Below the pieces are notes generated by a model. The model was not told the origin of the DNA. It did no database searches and worked only from the letters and a program-made list of their open reading frames with translations. DNA of 64,000 nt, from the IMG/VR virus record IMGVR_UViG_3300031453_000081; one strand, written 5' to 3'. The position numbers and the translations under genes were made by a program. This DNA comes from a virus. Positions 58,734-64,000 of this stretch are shown in pieces (within the stretch, counting starts at the first letter, position 1; each line of letters opens with the position of its first letter).

Positions 58734-58987
58734 AACTGCACCGCCTGTTCCTCGTAGCGTTTCAGCACGGCACGAAGCGCGCTCTCCGACACATGCCACT
58801 CTGCCGCCAACGCCCGCGCCGGCGTACCCGCCGCCCGCTCTCGTGCAATCTGCGGCCAGAACGCGACCGGGATTTTCGGGAATGTGCGTTGCCCGGTCCC
58901 GGTGATTGGCACCGCCCACCACCCGTCGGCGAGTGGTTTCAGATAGGGCGCAACGACATCACGACTTCGTGGCTCACAGTCCGACGT
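58730..58987 (-). CDS. Detached C-terminal segment (85 aa, HTH) of the integrase; in frame with int across attP
   Basis: No stop between 58987 and 58733; KIP..WPQIAR..AAG.PARALAAEWHVSESALRAVL HTH. Confidence 0.8.
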   Translation of the reverse strand, partial: TSDCEPRSRDVVAPYLKPLADGWWAVPITGTGQRTFPKIPVAFWPQIARERAAGTPARALAAEWHVSESALRAVLKRYEEQAVQL

Positions 58988-59010
58988 TCAACAATCTCAC
59001 CACCTACACC
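58963..59010. other. Right hybrid attachment site (attP arm / TT core 58987-58988 / attB arm)
   Basis: TTCGTGGCTCACAGTCCGACG TT CAACAATCTC. The rebuilt attP is symmetric at 17/24 positions around TT (12/14 at positions 8-21). Confidence 0.9.
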
Positions 59011-59217
59011 GGCACCGTCGAGACCGCCAGCGGCGAGCAGCTGCACGACCAGCTCCAGACCTCATACAACAAGGTGAACGTCACCATCCCCTTCATCGAC
59101 CCCAACAACACCACCTGGAACGTCCACTTCGATGACATGGTCGAGGAGCTGGTAGACGTGCGATCTCAGGTCGACGGCCTCCAGTGGTATATACACTGCA
59201 CCCTCTACGAAGGCTAG
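58987..59217 (+). pseudogene. 3' part of the split Dit/minor-tail-like gene (FNNLTTY...IHCTLYEG*)
   Basis: No RBS or start of its own; in frame with 1448-1660; the join is a 146-aa ORF. Confidence 0.85.
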
Positions 59218-59220
59218 ACC

Positions 59221-60123
59221 GTGACACGACCACCATCCGGCCACCTCAGCGGCCAGGACGAGTCAGGCTTCGGCGGGATCTCCCTCGACTCAGTCAATCC
59301 CATCACCAACTCCAAACCATCCGCCAGCCTCTACCACTCGCTCTACCACGCACTCCACCAGAAACACCACAAAGCGCCCAAAGCGCCCGCCGTCCACAAA
59401 GTCCACAAAGCCCACGTCCCCGTACCTAAAAAGCCCCACGTCGTCCACCCGCCCAAGCCCAAGGCCCCCAAGAAGCCCCACGCCGTCCACGTGGTCAAGG
59501 CCAAGGCTCCCAAGAAGCCCCACGCCGCCAAGGCGGCGAAGGCGACTACGGCGCCTCACGTAGCCAAGACCCACCTCGGCGCAGTCCGGATCAAGAGCCA
59601 CGGTGGCAAGAACCACCTCGGCTCGGCCGCCCAGGGCGGCCTCACCAATACCGGCGTGCCCAGGGACCAGGTAAACGCCGATGGCAGCGTAACCAGGCTC
59701 AACAAGGACGGCACCAAGGGACCAGGGCACATCGGCAAACACGACGGTCCAAACCCGTACCACTGGAGCAACCACCCAGCCGCCACCACCATCGACAGCC
59801 GAGGACATCGGTCCTCGGCCGCCGGCGCGGCAGCTACCGCTGCCAACGCCTCGGCTCCAGCCCACAGCGGCAGCAGACACAAGGGAGCGGGCGGAGGAGC
59901 TGTCGCTCCTCACGCCAGCCACGCCAGCCACGCCAGCCACGCTTCTCACTCTCCTCACGCGCCCCACACCCCACACGCGCCACAGGCGCACAAGGCGCCA
60001 AAACCCCCGTTGCAGCTCAACACCGATTCTTTTCTCGGCACCGACTCCCACGTCGAGTCACACCGTCCAACCCCGCTGGCCCCAGCCACCCAGCACCGAA
60101 TGCCCAAACCCCACTACCGATAG
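59221..60123 (+). CDS. His/Lys/Pro/Ala-rich low-complexity basic protein (300 aa), outer element
   Basis: KAPKKPH, HKAPKAP and SHASHASH repeats. Confidence 0.65.
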   Translation: MTRPPSGHLSGQDESGFGGISLDSVNPITNSKPSASLYHSLYHALHQKHHKAPKAPAVHKVHKAHVPVPKKPHVVHPPKPKAPKKPHAVHVVKAKAPKKPHAAKAAKATTAPHVAKTHLGAVRIKSHGGKNHLGSAAQGGLTNTGVPRDQVNADGSVTRLNKDGTKGPGHIGKHDGPNPYHWSNHPAATTIDSRGHRSSAAGAAATAANASAPAHSGSRHKGAGGGAVAPHASHASHASHASHSPHAPHTPHAPQAHKAPKPPLQLNTDSFLGTDSHVESHRPTPLAPATQHRMPKPHYR

Positions 60124-60132
60124 GAGGACACC

Positions 60133-60492
60133 ATGCAACAGCAGCTCCTCTACGGCGTCGCCGTAGTCCCCGCCGTCATCGGACTCACCCAGATAGCCAA
60201 GACTGCTGGCCTTCCAGGCCAGCTCGCGCCGATCCTCGCCGTCCTGCTCGGGATCCTCGCCGGCCTCGGCGAAATGTACGGCGCTCAGTGGCCCATCATC
60301 CAGACCATCATCGTCGGCATCGGCCTCGGCCTATCGTCCGTCGGCCTCTACTCCGCCGGCAACACCGCCTACACCCACATCACCAGCAAGAACGACCCAG
60401 CCCCAGGGCCAACTCCCATGGCTCCGGCACCGCCAGGAGCAGGCATCACCCTCACCCCCACCCCCACACCACCCGATAACACCACGAAATGA
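60133..60492 (+). CDS. Holin (three TM), outer element
   Basis: AGGAGG RBS; VPAVIGLTQIAK.AGLP...P.LAVLLG...GLGLSSVGLYS. Confidence 0.75.
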   Translation: MQQQLLYGVAVVPAVIGLTQIAKTAGLPGQLAPILAVLLGILAGLGEMYGAQWPIIQTIIVGIGLGLSSVGLYSAGNTAYTHITSKNDPAPGPTPMAPAPPGAGITLTPTPTPPDNTTK

Positions 60493-60764
60493 CTCCAGAA
60501 TCCACAGAATCGCACAAAATGGCGTCGCCTGACCCGCTAAACGCCGCATGTGACGTTAATGGTTACCTGCTCGGCCTAAAGGCCGCATATACACAACGGC
60601 ACCAGCGTTCCGACAGCTCACACGAGCAATTCCTCATCGAGTTCCACGCCGGCCAGCTCGAACACGCCATCGAGCTCATGGAAGAGGTTCACGACATGCT
60701 CAGAGCCGAGATCAAATGGGAGGCACTTTGTGCCCCCCTGAAGGGGGGCACACGTGCCCCTTGA
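60489..60764 (+). CDS. Hypothetical helical protein, homologue of 57522-57761
   Basis: LKAAYTQRH...QFLIEFHAGQLEHA...E..D.L.AE..W. Confidence 0.65.
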   Translation: MTPESTESHKMASPDPLNAACDVNGYLLGLKAAYTQRHQRSDSSHEQFLIEFHAGQLEHAIELMEEVHDMLRAEIKWEALCAPLKGGTRAP

Positions 60765-61152
60765 CGCCCGCAAGATCGCCCACATCACACACAAGTGGCC
60801 TTTCGTCGTGCTTGGCCGGCAGCAGCAGCTCATCCTCACCTTCCGCACCGCAGCCGGCAACACCACCGCCTCCATACCCGTTCTCTGGAAGGTCATGGAC
60901 GACCGTGACCCAACCCTCACCCAGGAGAACCACACCCTGCCCGCCGGGCTGGGCGGCCAGTCAGATGCCATAGGCATCTTCCTCCAGAGCGATGTCACCT
61001 ACCAGCAGCTTCGCTCCTGCATCTTCGCCCAGCTCGCGCCGGGCTCACCCGCACCCGACATCGCCAACAAATTCATCCTCGCCGGCATCGAGCCATACGG
61101 CATGATCCCGGGAGAGGGTCGCTACTACACCGCTTGGATGAGGCAACACTGA
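60754..61152 (+). CDS. Head-tail joining-like beta protein
   Basis: GAAGGGGG RBS, GTG; size and fold impression. Confidence 0.5.
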   Translation: MPLDARKIAHITHKWPFVVLGRQQQLILTFRTAAGNTTASIPVLWKVMDDRDPTLTQENHTLPAGLGGQSDAIGIFLQSDVTYQQLRSCIFAQLAPGSPAPDIANKFILAGIEPYGMIPGEGRYYTAWMRQH

Positions 61153-62111
61153 TGAAGAATCACGTCACAAGCTACTGGCACTACCACACGGCCGTGTGGT
61201 TCACCGTCCTGGCCGGCATCATCGCCTTCGCCGGTACATCCGCCACCGTCCACTACATCCATCGTGGCGGCCTCAAGCTGGCACCGTTGCCCCCGCCCAT
61301 ACACATCAGTGGGGGACGCGTCCCAGCCTACTTCTCGCTCGCCAACTTCATCGTGCGCGTCCACGACCAGGGCAACTCATCCTCATGCGTCGGCCAAACC
61401 CTCGCCGCCATCGAGGAGATAACCTACCGAGAAAGCCACCCGCACCAGCACCCGGGTTTCTCCAGTGGCTTCATTTGGAACCAGCTCAACGGTGGCGCAG
61501 ACCAGGGCATCACCTACGACGCCGCGTTCTCCCTCCTTGACCGGGAAGGGGATGCCCAGCTCCACGTCTTCCCCCATGATGGTCAGGCGTCCGATCTCTG
61601 GATTCAACCCGACGTCGCAGTACTCCGCGAGGCGCGTCAGTACACCACCACCAGATGGCAGTCCATCAGCCCCTATGACATCCACACGGTTGAGTACGAG
61701 ATAGCGCACGGACGGCCCGTGGCCGTCGCAATCCCGGTCTACAGCAGCTTCTTCAACAACTTCGGCATCCATTACCTGCCCACCATCTCCTCTGAATCCG
61801 GCCAGTTCGAGTTCTGGCACTCCATGACCATCGTCGGCTACAACCAAACCGGCCCACTCATCCTCAATTCCTGGAGCACCAACTTCGGCCTGAACGGCCT
61901 CTGGCGTGCTACCTGGTCCATGCTCCCAGCCTACTCCGCCGGCCTCGTCGTATCCACCCCTCACCACTACTACCAGCCACCTGCCAGGAGACACCATGCC
62001 GGCCACCTACCAGCTCGTCATAAACGACTTCCTCACGGCGCTACGCGCCGATCTGTTCGACACACTCACCCCACCCACCGCTCCACGGTGGTCCGACGCG
62101 GATCTCACTAG
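61152..62111 (+). CDS. Membrane-anchored papain-family (C1A) cysteine peptidase, outer element
   Basis: TM; QGNSSSC, WHSMTIVGY, NSWS; C-terminus overlaps the next gene by 116 nt. Confidence 0.88.
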   Translation: MKNHVTSYWHYHTAVWFTVLAGIIAFAGTSATVHYIHRGGLKLAPLPPPIHISGGRVPAYFSLANFIVRVHDQGNSSSCVGQTLAAIEEITYRESHPHQHPGFSSGFIWNQLNGGADQGITYDAAFSLLDREGDAQLHVFPHDGQASDLWIQPDVAVLREARQYTTTRWQSISPYDIHTVEYEIAHGRPVAVAIPVYSSFFNNFGIHYLPTISSESGQFEFWHSMTIVGYNQTGPLILNSWSTNFGLNGLWRATWSMLPAYSAGLVVSTPHHYYQPPARRHHAGHLPARHKRLPHGATRRSVRHTHPTHRSTVVRRGSH

Positions 62112-63057
62112 AGCACTCGATCGCTCCCTCAATCGCTACTCCCAGGTTTCGCCCAACCTCCAAGCCGTCCAGATCGCAGCATCACCCCAGATCAACCAGT
62201 ACCCGCTCCCTGCGGGAGCGTGGTACGTCGACGCCGTCGAGTACCCCTTCAACCTCTTCCCCAAGGTCTACTGCCCCTTCGTTCAGAAAAAGACACCCCA
62301 GATCTCAAACCCTGTAAATAATGTCGCCATCACACTGGCCGCTACCGCGGGCGGACTCGTCCCAGCTTCGCTGGCCTCGTTCTCGCCCACGCAGTACACC
62401 TACACGTGGCTCACAGCTGGTGGCGGCGAGTCACTACCGTCCCCCAGCCCGTACTCCAGCGTCGTCGTCGGCGTGCCCAGTACAGTTGTTCTAAGCGGAA
62501 TACCGATCGGCCCCTACGGGACCGTTGCCCGCAACATCTACCGCTCCCGCGTCACCGGAGGACTGGCCCTGGCGGGCCAGATCCCCGACAACACCAGCGC
62601 AACCTTCACCGACAACACACCCGACTCGCAGCTGCTCGGCCCACTGCCCATCCAGAACACCACCGCCGGCCAGGACATCATCGAGCTAACGCTCGATCCG
62701 TCCGCCTACCCCACCCAGCAGACCGACATGCTCGAGCTGCTGTATGCCACCAAGCACACCTTGGACGTATCGGGGACTAGCGTCCCCGAGCGCCACTGGC
62801 GTGTCATCTACCAGGGCGCCAACGCCTACGCCGTCCAGGCCTACGTCCACGCCGTCGCCGACAACTTCGAGTGGGTCGATGGGCATCTTCGAGACCGCGT
62901 AGACGACACCAAATCCGCCATCCTTTGGCAGAAGAACGCCTACGGCCTCATGGAGGCGTACGACCACACCATCAAGCTCGTCAAGGAAGAGTCAAATGCC
63001 TTCATCAGCAGCCGCATGCAGTGGGGCGACACCCCGCTACGCTGGAACTGGACGTAG
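61996..63057 (+). CDS. Head-tail connector-like protein with inserted Fn3-like domain (353 aa)
   Basis: CAGGAG RBS; RWSDADLTRALD helical N-terminus; GGESLPSP...RNIYRS...TFTDN insert. Confidence 0.6.
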   Translation: MPATYQLVINDFLTALRADLFDTLTPPTAPRWSDADLTRALDRSLNRYSQVSPNLQAVQIAASPQINQYPLPAGAWYVDAVEYPFNLFPKVYCPFVQKKTPQISNPVNNVAITLAATAGGLVPASLASFSPTQYTYTWLTAGGGESLPSPSPYSSVVVGVPSTVVLSGIPIGPYGTVARNIYRSRVTGGLALAGQIPDNTSATFTDNTPDSQLLGPLPIQNTTAGQDIIELTLDPSAYPTQQTDMLELLYATKHTLDVSGTSVPERHWRVIYQGANAYAVQAYVHAVADNFEWVDGHLRDRVDDTKSAILWQKNAYGLMEAYDHTIKLVKEESNAFISSRMQWGDTPLRWNWT

Positions 63058-63308
63058 AGCTATCACTTCTCATGCGGCGGCTCGGGTTGCCGCTAGGGCA
63101 TACGCGGGCCCTTACGGCCCGCGTAGCCCATCGCGCCCACCCGCCCCCGCTAAAGCGCGTCCAATGGCTCACGCAAACACCGTCTCAAATAGCACAGGGC
63201 TGGACATGCCGACAACGCAGCATCTCCAGCCCCCAGCCGGCCGACCCGGGAAACCCAAGCCCACTCGCTGACAAAGCCCGTACGGCTTTCTAGCCAAAGG
63301 ATACACCG

Positions 63309-64000
63309 ATGCGCACCATGCCAGCCAACATGATCGCAGCCGTCAGCAGCTCAAACCAGCAGCTCGCCATGTCCGTCGTCGTCCAGGACAACACACTCTC
63401 ATTTTCCCAGCTCACCACCGGACCCAATGCCGGCCACGTCACCAGCGTCCACAGCAACGTCGGCACCATCCTCCGAGCCGTGGTAACCAGCACCGGCGCC
63501 ATCTACGTCACCCGCATCACCGTCGCCAACAGCGCAGCCCAGTGGGCCGCCTCCGGCGTCCTAGCCGCCTCCGGCGCCCGCTACACATCCAGCTGCAACA
63601 TGTCCGCCACCACCAACCTAATACGCCTGTTCTTCATCCGAAACTCAGATGCAGCCGTCTGCTACGTTGACTCCACCGACGACGGCCTCACCTGGTCGGC
63701 CGTAAACGTGGCCGCCACAGCGCCCACCGGACTCACCTACTGTCACGGCATAGCCACACCCACCGTCGGCACCTGCTACGCATCCTACGCGCAGTACGAC
63801 GGAGGCACCAGCGGCCAGGGGCCGATCTACCAGACAACATTCAGCACCACCTGGTCACCACTCACACCATCAGGGCCAACCGGGAACTGGGGGCAGATAC
63901 GCGGCATGGACGTCACCCAGGCGGCCAAAATCCAGGTCGTAGCCGGCTTTATGCGCGTCCTGCAAGCAACCGGCTTCGCCGCGGGAGCCTACACCATCAA
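63309..64000 (+). CDS. Tail-associated protein with BNR/Asp-box (3' truncated)
   Basis: AAAGGA RBS; MRTMPANMIAAVSSS...; STDDGLTWS; frame open to the window end. Confidence 0.65.
   Translation, partial: MRTMPANMIAAVSSSNQQLAMSVVVQDNTLSFSQLTTGPNAGHVTSVHSNVGTILRAVVTSTGAIYVTRITVANSAAQWAASGVLAASGARYTSSCNMSATTNLIRLFFIRNSDAAVCYVDSTDDGLTWSAVNVAATAPTGLTYCHGIATPTVGTCYASYAQYDGGTSGQGPIYQTTFSTTWSPLTPSGPTGNWGQIRGMDVTQAAKIQVVAGFMRVLQATGFAAGAYTI

Larger units (their letters stand above)
1660..58988. mobile_element. Complete temperate prophage (long non-contractile tail type), ~57.3 kb, integrated by a large serine recombinase
   Basis: Bounded by TTC cores at 1658-1660 and 58987-58989. Contains integrase, repressor/ImmA, replication, terminase, portal, capsid, tail tube, TMP and holin genes; no sheath gene seen. 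Composition changes at both junctions. Confidence 0.93.
58989..64000 (+). mobile_element. Right arm of the outer phage-like element (holin, papain-like peptidase, head-tail/tail proteins)
   Basis: Co-oriented + genes: holin-like, C1A peptidase, connector-like and tail-like proteins; C-rich. No capsid or terminase of this element falls within the window. Confidence 0.75.

Noticed and set aside
63150-63300. c-di-GMP-I riboswitch
   Set aside because: Only scattered words (GCACAGGGC, CAAAGCC) match; order and helices do not fit the consensus
1-64000. Complete diversity-generating retroelement, retron or group II intron
   Set aside because: No reverse transcriptase motifs (YxDD context) or TR/VR pair recognised in any listed ORF

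Overview
The window holds a complete ~57.3-kb temperate, long-tailed (siphovirus-type) prophage (about 1660-58988). It is nested inside a second, compositionally distinct (strongly C-rich on +) phage-like structural region that occupies 1-1659 and 58989-64000. The junctions can be read to the base: both carry TTC (1658-1660 and 58987-58989). Joining the inner arms gives a symmetric serine-integrase attP centred on TT. Joining the outer arms restores one 146-aa Dit/minor-tail-like gene of the outer element. The att site lies inside the 3' end of the large serine recombinase gene. The prophage encodes a 489-aa integrase ending in RPR*, while the excised circle would encode a 571-aa integrase with an in-frame 85-aa C-terminal extension carrying a helix-turn-helix, now stranded at the far end of the prophage. 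Integration also severs the leftward early operon. Inner phage modules: recombination/replication (LSR, DnaC-like loader, initiator, RecT), an XRE/ImmA/RHH switch with morons, a late regulator, 3D-domain protein, a second (tyrosine) recombinase, TerS/TerL, portal, gpF-like protein, HNH, protease-scaffold, MCP, neck, collagen/beta-helix fibre, tail tube, -1 frameshifted chaperone, 2543-aa tape measure, tail tip, and a lysis-position cassette with papain-fold proteases but no canonical endolysin. A Chloroflexota-like host is only a guess from gene style. All product calls come from motif recognition by eye; no database search was run.
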